A stretch of 58,940 nucleotides of DNA, taken from Cyanobacteria bacterium P01_D01_bin.156 (GTDB lineage: Bacteria > Cyanobacteriota > Cyanobacteriia > Phormidesmidales > Phormidesmidaceae). The first letter of the stretch is position 1. Each line of letters opens with the position of its first letter. The notes below the pieces were generated by a model. The model saw only the letters and a program-made list of their open reading frames with translations. It was not told the DNA's origin and did not search any database. The position numbers and the translations under genes are program-made. Shown piece by piece: positions 10,905 through 19,510 of the stretch. The DNA lies in the NCBI GenBank assembly GCA_039024555.1, contig JBCCQQ010000039.1:1-58940 (forward strand), written 5' to 3'.

Positions 10905-11837
10905 ATGACCATAAATCTAGGGGGAACCCCACCACCACCACCGGGCTTTCGTTCTGGATTTGTGGGTATTGTCGGTCGTCCTAATGTGGGGAAATCGACC
11001 CTGATGAATACGATGGTGGGGCAGAAAATTGCGATCACTTCACCTGTGGCTCAAACGACTCGGAACCGGTTACGCGGGGTGATGACGTTGCCGGAAGCCC
11101 AAATCATTTTTGTCGATACGCCAGGTATTCATAAGCCACACCATGAGCTGGGTAAGGTACTGGTTAAAAATGCCCGTATTGCTATCAATTCAGTCGATGT
11201 AACCCTGTTTGTTGTGGATGGGACGGGTGAGTTGGGTCGGGGCGATCTGTTTATTGCAGATTTACTCAAGCGTAGTGAAGTGCCTGTGATCCTAGGAATT
11301 AATAAATCGGATCTACAGTCGGAGAAAAAATCCCAAACCATTGATATTAGCTATCAGGCATTAGCCGATGAGCATGGCTGGCCAGTATGTAAGTTTTCTG
11401 CTGTGACTGAGACTGGTCTAGATACCTTAAAGTCAAGTCTGATCGATCGGTTGGAGAAAGGACCCTATTATTATCCCCCTGATTTATTAACGGACCAGCC
11501 CGAGCGATTCATTATGGGTGAGCTCATTCGTGAGCAGGTATTGTTGCATACACGAGAAGAAGTTCCTCACTCTGTAGCAGTGGCAATTGATCGCGTGGAA
11601 GAGACTCCGACAATTACTAATGTGTTAGCAACAGTTTTTGTAGAGCGAAATTCACAAAAGGGAATTTTGATTGGCAAAAAGGGCTCTATGATGAAAACTA
11701 TCAACACAGCAGCCCGTGAACAAATGCAGAAACTTATTTCTGGAAAGGTATATCTGGAAGTATTTGTGAAGGTTCAGGACCGCTGGCGTCAGTCGCGATC
11801 GCAGCTAGCAGAACTGGGTTATCGTGTTGAAGAGTAA
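10905..11837 (+). CDS. era: GTPase Era
   Basis: GRPNVGKST, QTTR, DTPG, NKSD; KH domain with GILIGKKG. Confidence 0.97.
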   Translation: MTINLGGTPPPPPGFRSGFVGIVGRPNVGKSTLMNTMVGQKIAITSPVAQTTRNRLRGVMTLPEAQIIFVDTPGIHKPHHELGKVLVKNARIAINSVDVTLFVVDGTGELGRGDLFIADLLKRSEVPVILGINKSDLQSEKKSQTIDISYQALADEHGWPVCKFSAVTETGLDTLKSSLIDRLEKGPYYYPPDLLTDQPERFIMGELIREQVLLHTREEVPHSVAVAIDRVEETPTITNVLATVFVERNSQKGILIGKKGSMMKTINTAAREQMQKLISGKVYLEVFVKVQDRWRQSRSQLAELGYRVEE

Positions 11838-11841
11838 GTCT

Positions 11842-13191
11842 CTAGGAATTTGGCTTAGCAAGATTTCTAAAGAGAGTATACTGCGGCTCAAATAACAGTT
11901 TTACGGTTCCTGTCGGACCGTTGCGGTGCTTAGCGATAATCACTTCTGCAAGACCTCTATCCGGTGTATCCGGGTCGTAATACTCTTCTCGATAGAGCAT
12001 CATAATTAAATCCGCATCCTGCTCAATCGATCCACTTTCCCGTAAGTCCGACATCATGGGTCGCTTGTTGGTACGTGATTCTACACCACGACTGAGCTGA
12101 GAGAGAGAAATAATTGGTACATTGAGCTCTCTAGCAAGACCTTTCAGCGATCGCGTGATTTTCGAGAGTTCCTGTACGCGATTGTCACTGCTGCCTTCCA
12201 TCAGCTGCAGATAGTCGATCAAAATTAATCCTAGTGCACCACCATTTTCGGCCTTAAGACGACGACACTTCGATCGCATTTCCGTAACTGAAATATTTGG
12301 AGTGTCATCAATAAAGATAGGAATCTGCGATAAAGAACTAATGGCATGTCCTAACGGTTCCCACTCATGCTGACCAATACGTCCCGTGCGGAGACGACCG
12401 CTTTCAATGCGAGCTTCTGCTGAGAGCAGACGATACACCAACTGCTGCTTGGACATTTCTAAACTGAAGACAGCCACTGGTTGTTTGTGACCACCGGCAA
12501 TGTTGCGCGCTACGTTGAGTACGAAGCTTGTTTTTCCCATGGCCGGACGTCCGGCAGCAATGATTAGATCAGAGCGCTGAAAGCCTTGGGTCATGGCATC
12601 TAAGTCATAGAAACCACAGGATAAACCCGGCAAAACCATTCCCATGGAACGCTGCTCGATGTCATCAAAGGTCTCGGTCAAAATATCTGAAGTGGCAGTA
12701 AGACCTTGTTGAGGACGGTCTTGGGTAATGCCAAAGACTTTTTGCTCGGACTGGTCTAAAACATTTTCCAGAGCGGTTTCGGTTTCGTACCCGAGCTGAG
12801 CAATTTCACCGCCAATTTGGATCAGCTTACGGCGAGTGTATTTATCCATGACCAGCTTGGCATACTGGTCAATGTTGGCCGCACTGATGGTACGGTCGAA
12901 AAGCTGCGCCAGACGGGATTGCCCTCCAGCCTTCTCTAGCAGGTTATGGTCCTTGAGCCAGGAGGCTACCGTCATCAAGTCCGTAGGTTTCCCCTTGGCT
13001 TGGAGTTCTATGGATGCCCGATAAATTTCTCGATGTCCAGCAATATAGAAAGCATCGGGTACCAAAATTTCAGTAACACGACCAATGGCCTCAGGGTCTA
13101 GCAGGATCCCACCTAAAATAGCTTCCTCGGCATCGATGTTCTGGGGTGGTAGGCGGTCAAAATCTGCTTGGAATTTAGGTTCTGGAGCCAT
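11842..13191 (-). CDS. dnaB: Replicative DNA helicase DnaB (no intein)
   Basis: PPQNIDAEEAILG, GRPAMGKT, FSLEMS, IDYLQL, SQLSR, uninterrupted DLRESGSIEQDAD, KHRNGPTG. Probable start ATG 13191. Confidence 0.97.
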   Translation of the reverse strand: MAPEPKFQADFDRLPPQNIDAEEAILGGILLDPEAIGRVTEILVPDAFYIAGHREIYRASIELQAKGKPTDLMTVASWLKDHNLLEKAGGQSRLAQLFDRTISAANIDQYAKLVMDKYTRRKLIQIGGEIAQLGYETETALENVLDQSEQKVFGITQDRPQQGLTATSDILTETFDDIEQRSMGMVLPGLSCGFYDLDAMTQGFQRSDLIIAAGRPAMGKTSFVLNVARNIAGGHKQPVAVFSLEMSKQQLVYRLLSAEARIESGRLRTGRIGQHEWEPLGHAISSLSQIPIFIDDTPNISVTEMRSKCRRLKAENGGALGLILIDYLQLMEGSSDNRVQELSKITRSLKGLARELNVPIISLSQLSRGVESRTNKRPMMSDLRESGSIEQDADLIMMLYREEYYDPDTPDRGLAEVIIAKHRNGPTGTVKLLFEPQYTLFRNLAKPNS

Positions 13192-13455
13192 AACAACCTT
13201 CGAATAATAGTGGAGAATCATTCAGCGGCATGAAGGTGTTTGAGGGGCATGCCAGTAAACCTACGTATACCCTGGATACTTCCTAGGGTTAGTATCGTGA
13301 AAACCATATGTAGCGTCAAGCTGAATCACAGAACTCTATAGATAGAGTTATTAATGGTGAGTAATCTTTTATGTGTGAAAATTTTAGTTCAAATGAACTA
13401 TATTTGTTGCTTTATTGTAGAGTGCTGAAGGCTGAATAAACCGTTCAGGGACTAT

Positions 13456-13503
13456 TGATAAAAAGGCTCTAGATCATAATTTCAATCTAGAGCCTTTTTA
13501 TCA
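13456..13503. terminator. Strong hairpin, probable terminator of rplI
   Basis: 19-bp perfect inverted repeat TGATAAAAAGGCTCTAGAT / ATCTAGAGCCTTTTTATCA with a 10-nt loop. Confidence 0.8.
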
Positions 13504-13528
13504 GTAATCAAATGCTGAGTGGATTGTT

Positions 13529-13981
13529 TTATGCAACTCGCAGTCTCAACTCGGCGGTGACTTCACTGTGAAGCTTAATTAGAACCGTATACTCACCCAG
13601 TTTATTGATAGGGGGGACTTCGATATCGCGCTTGTCGATATCTTTGCCAGTATTTGTCTTGATCAGTTCTGCTACTTCGTCAGCAGTAACGGTACCGAAA
13701 ATCGCGTCGTTTTCGCCGACTTCTTTCTTGATGGTGAAGAGGCCAATGGTTGCGATCGCAACTTTCATCGCTTCCGCATCTTTTTTGATTTGCTCTAGAC
13801 GCTGACGCTCTTCTTCACGACGACGCTCTACCTGCTTAAGAACACCGGGGGTGGCCCGATAGCCCAAACCGCGAGGTAGTAAGTAGTTGCGAGCATAGCC
13901 GGGAGCAACTTCTACTAGATCACCGGTTTTCCCTAGCTTGCTAATATCTTGACTTAGAACTAACTGAACCCGTTTTGCCAT
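13529..13981 (-). CDS. rplI: 50S ribosomal protein L9
   Basis: LGKTGDLVEVAPGYARNYLLP, AIFGTVT. Start ATG 13981. Confidence 0.97.
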   Translation of the reverse strand: MAKRVQLVLSQDISKLGKTGDLVEVAPGYARNYLLPRGLGYRATPGVLKQVERRREEERQRLEQIKKDAEAMKVAIATIGLFTIKKEVGENDAIFGTVTADEVAELIKTNTGKDIDKRDIEVPPINKLGEYTVLIKLHSEVTAELRLRVA

Positions 13982-14198
13982 AATAATTTTGCTCGGGCCC
14001 AGATAAATCAAGTGCTCACGTTCAGTAGTCGCTTTCTATGGGATAGCGTTACCAACGTGTAGACGATTTATGTGGCCCAGTCTCCTTCTTTGACCCTAAT
14101 AAAACTAGTGCAGTCTAATATTTTATAGAAGTAGGTCCATTTGAAGCAAGTTTAAATTCGGTGTTGAATTTGTCAGGTATCTGCAAGTTGAAATGTCC

Positions 14199-14936
14199 CT
14201 ACGCAAAATCTACACGAACCTCAATTCTGGACTTTACACGACTACCACCGTCTACAAAAAACGTGATCATACCGAATCCACCAGGTCCTGGCTCAACTAC
14301 TTGATATTGACGAATGACATGGCCATAACGTGTACCATAGCGTGTCACGCTGCTGGATGATATTTCTCCAGTTCTAGGGTTTACATCACCGCCCCAAGTG
14401 CCCCAGTCTTCAAATTGTTGCTCAACAGGAATAAGCGAATAGTCCAACACAATTGGATTCAGCTTCTCATCAGCACCCAGGATGCGAATAGCGCTATCAA
14501 TACCAGCCGTCGTTGAACCTGTGAAAGATATAGCACTCACACGATTATTCGCAATTTGAACAGTGCCGAAGCCAGGATTAGGTCCTACTTCTTCTCGTCT
14601 TTGACGCCCCCAGAGGGGATTATTGGGATTTTGAAGGCGTTGAGCAAATGGTGTAGAGTTCTCGTTAAATGCACGATTAGTAAACTCTTCCTGAGTTGCT
14701 TCAACGGCAGAAATAATCGCACTATCGGCAGATGGAATAGAATCACTAGTATTTGTAGCAATACTGGCCGTTAAGAAGTTTTGTAATACAGCATCTGACA
14801 GGCCATCCTTACTCAATAAATAATTAATTGAGTAAGCGCTTGCAGGTTTTGGAAAAAAGAAAGAACGTGAAGAGGCTATTACAGACGAGCCTCCCATTAC
14901 AGCGGTCTTTAAAAACTTTCGTCTACTATTTTTCAC
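14199..14936 (-). CDS. Hypothetical protein with twin-arginine (Tat) signal
   Basis: MKNSRRKFLK matches the S-R-R-x-F-L-K consensus, with a PASA cleavage-like site; mature region not recognised. Confidence 0.7.
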   Translation of the reverse strand: MKNSRRKFLKTAVMGGSSVIASSRSFFFPKPASAYSINYLLSKDGLSDAVLQNFLTASIATNTSDSIPSADSAIISAVEATQEEFTNRAFNENSTPFAQRLQNPNNPLWGRQRREEVGPNPGFGTVQIANNRVSAISFTGSTTAGIDSAIRILGADEKLNPIVLDYSLIPVEQQFEDWGTWGGDVNPRTGEISSSSVTRYGTRYGHVIRQYQVVEPGPGGFGMITFFVDGGSRVKSRIEVRVDFA

Positions 14937-14944
14937 AATGCTTG

Positions 14945-15751
14945 CTAGTTAAAAATATCATCGAGCACCTCATTAATCACACGATTCAATATTCCATTAC
15001 CAGAACTAGATGAAGGCGCATCTTCACGAGAGGAGTTTGGCTCTGGTGAAGAGCCAGTGTCTTGCCGAGATGAGCCAGATGAAGAGGGTTGATTAGATGG
15101 CAATGTTGTATCTGGGCTTTGGTTATTTGTGGTGTTGCTTGTAGAGGAGAAAGAGGTAAAAGAGCCAGTCGGATATAGTCGTGCTTCGACGAATTGAAGA
15201 TAGCAAGACCGATCTGGAGAGCCTGCATTACAGTCAAATATCTCTATTGCAAAGCTATCTGGATTAGTAGCAATTTCTGGGTTGTTCAGATCTAGTACTA
15301 CATTTATCAGGGTGCCTGCACGCACAGAATTATATGTGTGCCTCAAATTCCCACCCTGATAAATGTTGACAGTCATATTGGCTCCGCTCTGTGCACTATC
15401 ATCAGATACTCCGAGCTGTAGATCGACGATACTAAAATTTTGTGAGCTTGCTCTACAAGTAAGCGTCGAGTATCCTCCATCCTTATAAGCTCTCATCGAG
15501 AATAATCGGTCAAAAATCTGCCGATTGATTGCTACTGGTTGAGTCTGAGTGTATAGGCGACTGTAGCTACGGTTGGAACCTGAAACTACGCAGTCTGCAC
15601 CGTTTAGAAGAAAAGCGGTCAAATCAGCTTCATTCTTTTGAGCAAGAATCCGATTAGGCCAAAGCCCCATCAGAAATATTGTAAAAAATATTACAAAGCT
15701 CAACCGATGCATACGATTTTTGATCATGATCATGAGAAATAATATGGTCAA
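14945..15751 (-). CDS. Secreted hypothetical protein, beta-rich domain (NPCBM/galactose-binding-like) with Ser-rich tail
   Basis: Hydrophobic signal ending ILA-Q, four Cys, alternating beta-strand pattern (IVDLQLGVSDD, MTVNIY, NVVLDL, FAIEI), S/T/N-rich C-terminal tail. Fold call is tentative and the start may be a later Met. Confidence 0.6.
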   Translation of the reverse strand: MTILFLMIMIKNRMHRLSFVIFFTIFLMGLWPNRILAQKNEADLTAFLLNGADCVVSGSNRSYSRLYTQTQPVAINRQIFDRLFSMRAYKDGGYSTLTCRASSQNFSIVDLQLGVSDDSAQSGANMTVNIYQGGNLRHTYNSVRAGTLINVVLDLNNPEIATNPDSFAIEIFDCNAGSPDRSCYLQFVEARLYPTGSFTSFSSTSNTTNNQSPDTTLPSNQPSSSGSSRQDTGSSPEPNSSREDAPSSSSGNGILNRVINEVLDDIFN

Positions 15752-15777
15752 TAATTTCGTAAAAACAAACAGATACG

Positions 15778-18402
15778 CTAATCCTCAAGTGTTATGTTAC
15801 TCAAATCAGATCTGCACTTCTTTAAATAAATGTGGTCGCTAGGTAGACAGGTACTTAGTATGGCTTCAGACTCTTCCAGTAGGGTTTTAGCCACAATTAA
15901 TTCTTGCATTTCTGCATATAGCATGGCAAGGTTCCTCAAACACCAACCTGCTGCAGGCAAAATATCAGCTTTCTTAAAGATTTCTATGGCTTGACTATAT
16001 AGCTCTTTAGCTTCCATGTAGCGATTTTGCATCTGATAATTTTTAGCCAAGTTGTTGTAGCTGAAAGCAGTTTGTGAATGATATTCGCCAAGTATTTGTT
16101 CGTTGAATTCTTTAGCTTCTAGATATAAGGATTCAGCCTCTTTGTATCGCTCTTGTTTTTCGTAGATTTTCGCGAGCAAGTCGAATGTCTCGGGAAGATC
16201 AGGGTGATTTGCTGGAAGATTTTGCCGTCGTACTTCTAAAACTTTGGATACCAGTGATTCAGTTATCGTTAAGTTTTCGTCTTTGTGAAACTGAATAGTT
16301 GCTAGGGTCATTCTAGCTTCCGCTAGATCAGGATCAGTTTCTTCAAGAAATTGCCGTCTTGTGTTGAGTGCTGCGTTAGCATATTGCTGAGCTACATCTA
16401 AATTTCCTAAATTCCTATTTACTACCGCAATCAATATTTCAATAGATGTAAGTTCTATGCTACCTAAGCCGCTAAGTTGTTTCTGTACTTCAAATGCTTT
16501 AATCAATAGGTCTAGAGCATCATGTGTACTACCTTGTAGTAAATCAATTAATGCAGCATTTTTGTATGCATGAACCGTGTATAAGTGTCTGTGTCCAAAT
16601 TTTCTTTCAGCCAAGGCTACTTGCTTCTGAGCCCAATCTCTTCCTTTTGCATATCTACTTTGACCGCAGTAGTAGTGTATGAGGCTATTTAACAGAGTGA
16701 GTTTATCCTCATCTGCTAATGATGATTGAAAATAATGAGTTGCTTCTTCAATGTGAAGGTAAATTTTTGAAAAAGCTATTAGGTCCTGTTTTAAGGGGTT
16801 TTCTGGCATTGAGTAGGCTTCAGACACTAAAGCCTCGCAAATATTAGAACGGAGCTCTGTTTCTTTCCCAATAATCTGTACCTTGCTTCGAAAAAATTCT
16901 CGTAGAAGACTATTTAACTGAACAGTCTCACTATTAACTTGCTGTAGTAAGTAGGTGCGTAGAAGGTTGAGCCTTGCTATTCCAATATTGTTTATGGTTT
17001 GAACATCCTTTGCTACCTCTGATACAAGGCTCCAGGGTATTGCTGTGGGTGCAAATAAGCTTAATAAACATCCTAGATGTTGCGCTTCAGGTATTATCTG
17101 TTCCCAACTTAACTCAAAGGCTGCTTTTGCTGCTTGTAGAGTATTCTCTTCTGAGTTCGTAGTATCCAAAAAATTTGCTTGTAGCTGCTCGTAGATTTCA
17201 GTAATTGATGTAAATGTATCTAATGCTAGATAATTCCGGATAAGTTGAAGAGCTAGTGGTAAACATCCGGACCAATTACATAAATCCTCTAAAGCTTTTG
17301 ATTCTTCTTTTAACCTTTTGTCTTCTGGTAAAGCATTTTTGAAAATAGCTACTGCTTGCTCAATAGTAAGTGGCTTAAGCAAAATTGATTTTAGAGAAGA
17401 TATAAGATGCTGACGTGAGGTTAATAAAACCTTAAAGCGTTGAGGCAAACCCCTTAAGTAGGTTTGTAGTTGATTTTCATATGAGCTGATGTCATCTATG
17501 ACAATCAAAACTTTCTCTGAAGCGCTAGGCCAATTTTGCCAGCAATAATTGAGCTGCCTAATTGGATTATCTTCCTGTGGTGGCGTTAGTCCCAGACTAC
17601 TTTGTGCAAATTGTATGATCTGTGCGGCAACATCGTCTTCACGAGCATTGACCCAACAGATACCCCCTAAATATTGATATCCATGAACTTTTGCGTACTG
17701 TAAAGCTAGCTCAGACTTTCCAACGCCTGGCATACCTGTTAGTGCAACAATAGATGGAGAATCACGCCTTTGTAGTGCGTTGTGTAAATCTTCAATTTCT
17801 GCATCTCTACCAATTAATTGAATCAATGTCTGTGGCAAGTCATTGATAGGATAGGGTCTAGATTGTAGAGAGTTGCTGTTGTGAATAGAGTCTTGTAAAG
17901 CTGCGCTAGTTTCTTGGATTGGAGCATCCTTACATAAAAGTTGTTCAACAATAGTTTTAATTTCGTCTGTTACATTTTTGAATGCTTCATCTTTATCTAC
18001 CCAAGACCTTATTGGCTTTGCATCTTTAGGTAATGCTTGTAATTTCGCAAAAGGTGCTGCATCCCAGGTTACAGCTCGCAAAATAATTGGAATTACCACT
18101 GCTTCACCAGCTTCATATCGCTCCATTGCTCGGTACATTTCCACATCCCAGCAATAGTCCGACGCAATAAAGTCAGCACTAATCAGTAGGAGAATGATGT
18201 TCGCTGCTTCTAGATGTTCATCAATCTGACCAGCCCATTCATTACCTGCGGTAATTTTGCGATCATGCCATGATGCAATATGGCCTTGTCTTTCTATTAA
18301 TGTGAGATGCTTAGCTAGCTCGTCCCTTAAAGACTCATCTTCGTGAGCATAGGAAAAAAAAACTTTAACTTTATGAGGCTTTTGACCTGTACTTAGCGAC
18401 AT
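15778..18402 (-). CDS. TIR - NB-ARC (STAND NTPase) - TPR protein (NLR-like)
   Basis: TIR_2: KVFFSYAHED...LLISADFIASDYCWDVEM. Walker A GMPGVGKS, Walker B VLIVIDD, LLTSR sensor, GCLPLAL, then TPRs such as TAFSYNNLAKNYQMQNRYMEAKELYSQA. Confidence 0.9.
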   Translation of the reverse strand: MSLSTGQKPHKVKVFFSYAHEDESLRDELAKHLTLIERQGHIASWHDRKITAGNEWAGQIDEHLEAANIILLLISADFIASDYCWDVEMYRAMERYEAGEAVVIPIILRAVTWDAAPFAKLQALPKDAKPIRSWVDKDEAFKNVTDEIKTIVEQLLCKDAPIQETSAALQDSIHNSNSLQSRPYPINDLPQTLIQLIGRDAEIEDLHNALQRRDSPSIVALTGMPGVGKSELALQYAKVHGYQYLGGICWVNAREDDVAAQIIQFAQSSLGLTPPQEDNPIRQLNYCWQNWPSASEKVLIVIDDISSYENQLQTYLRGLPQRFKVLLTSRQHLISSLKSILLKPLTIEQAVAIFKNALPEDKRLKEESKALEDLCNWSGCLPLALQLIRNYLALDTFTSITEIYEQLQANFLDTTNSEENTLQAAKAAFELSWEQIIPEAQHLGCLLSLFAPTAIPWSLVSEVAKDVQTINNIGIARLNLLRTYLLQQVNSETVQLNSLLREFFRSKVQIIGKETELRSNICEALVSEAYSMPENPLKQDLIAFSKIYLHIEEATHYFQSSLADEDKLTLLNSLIHYYCGQSRYAKGRDWAQKQVALAERKFGHRHLYTVHAYKNAALIDLLQGSTHDALDLLIKAFEVQKQLSGLGSIELTSIEILIAVVNRNLGNLDVAQQYANAALNTRRQFLEETDPDLAEARMTLATIQFHKDENLTITESLVSKVLEVRRQNLPANHPDLPETFDLLAKIYEKQERYKEAESLYLEAKEFNEQILGEYHSQTAFSYNNLAKNYQMQNRYMEAKELYSQAIEIFKKADILPAAGWCLRNLAMLYAEMQELIVAKTLLEESEAILSTCLPSDHIYLKKCRSDLSNITLED

Positions 18403-18545
18403 GGTGCTAGCAATAACATCGATACAGAGGAGCTTTGAGCCTTTATTTTTATATCGCCCTAGCTTGTAGTTGTTTTATTGTTACTCATGACTTTGCAACA
18501 TGCAGGGAAAAGTTTAGCTCATCTATAGTTTTTGAATGCTACTAC

Positions 18546-19313
18546 TTAAAACATGTCTTTCATGCCGCGAATGCGGCCAAAGACGCGGGCCGGTTCCTGC
18601 ATGTTGGCTGCTGTTTTTATTGCAGGCTGATCCCAGCGCAGAAAGGGATTGGTTTTTTTCTCGATGCCAAGGAGTGAGGGTACAGTCGCTTCCTGTTTTT
18701 TACGAGCTGTTTGTACTTGGTGGTAGCGCTTTTGTAGGTCAGGGTTCTGCCCATCTACGGTGACGGCAAATTTGAGATTGCTGAGGGTATATTCGTGAGC
18801 GCACCACACGCGAGTATTATCCGGCAGCTGACGCAGTTTACTTAGTGAGTTCACCATTTGAGCTGGAGTGCCTTCAAATAGACGACCGCAACCTCCGGCA
18901 AATAGGGTATCGCCACAAAACAGTTCGCCGGGTTGATGCTCTTCTACTGGTGCAAAGTAGTAGGCGATGTGCCCACGGGTGTGGCCAGGAACAAAGAAAA
19001 TCTGGGCGGTGCGATCGCAAAATTCAACCGTATCCCCCTCTTCTAAAAATACCTGCTGTCCTGGAATGCGTCCTCGATCTGCCTCACTGGCATACACGGT
19101 TGCATCAGGGTATTTTTCTAGCAGCTGACGGTTTCCGCCCACATGGTCTCCATGGTGATGGGTATTAAAAATAGCGGTTAGTTCAGCGCCTATGTCTGCC
19201 AGTTTTTTTAATACAGGGGCTGCTTCCGTAGGGTCGACGACGGCAGCTGAGGTCCCGGATTGGAGTAGAAAAATATAGTTATCTGACCAGGCATTAATGC
19301 GATGAATCTGCAT
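18546..19313 (-). CDS. gloB: Hydroxyacylglutathione hydrolase (glyoxalase II)
   Basis: [56 protein letters not shown]. Confidence 0.96.
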   Translation of the reverse strand: MQIHRINAWSDNYIFLLQSGTSAAVVDPTEAAPVLKKLADIGAELTAIFNTHHHGDHVGGNRQLLEKYPDATVYASEADRGRIPGQQVFLEEGDTVEFCDRTAQIFFVPGHTRGHIAYYFAPVEEHQPGELFCGDTLFAGGCGRLFEGTPAQMVNSLSKLRQLPDNTRVWCAHEYTLSNLKFAVTVDGQNPDLQKRYHQVQTARKKQEATVPSLLGIEKKTNPFLRWDQPAIKTAANMQEPARVFGRIRGMKDMF

Positions 19314-19510
19314 GAGGAAAACGGGGGGACGAGCGCATCTCTAGTATGGGGGATCTGCTGCATTAGAGCAGGATGGTTAAGTTATTTCCGCAGCTGTGCA
19401 AAGTCTGTAAAAATCTAGATAGCCCTTGTCCACGTTCAGAACTAGGGTTTTTCCGGTGGGGCAAGCTACAGGTTTCAACTTGAACGTGGTGTAATGGACT
19501 CACTGCTGCT

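Noticed and set aside
13385..13400. LexA box upstream of dnaB
   Set aside because: AGTTC-N4-GAACT departs from the cyanobacterial RGTAC-N4-GTWC consensus in both halves.
13760..19010. Absence of HIP1 as proof that the TIR-NLR cassette is foreign
   Set aside because: A gap of similar length (about 40380-46970) covers the core gene prlC, so HIP1 gaps of this size are not diagnostic alone.
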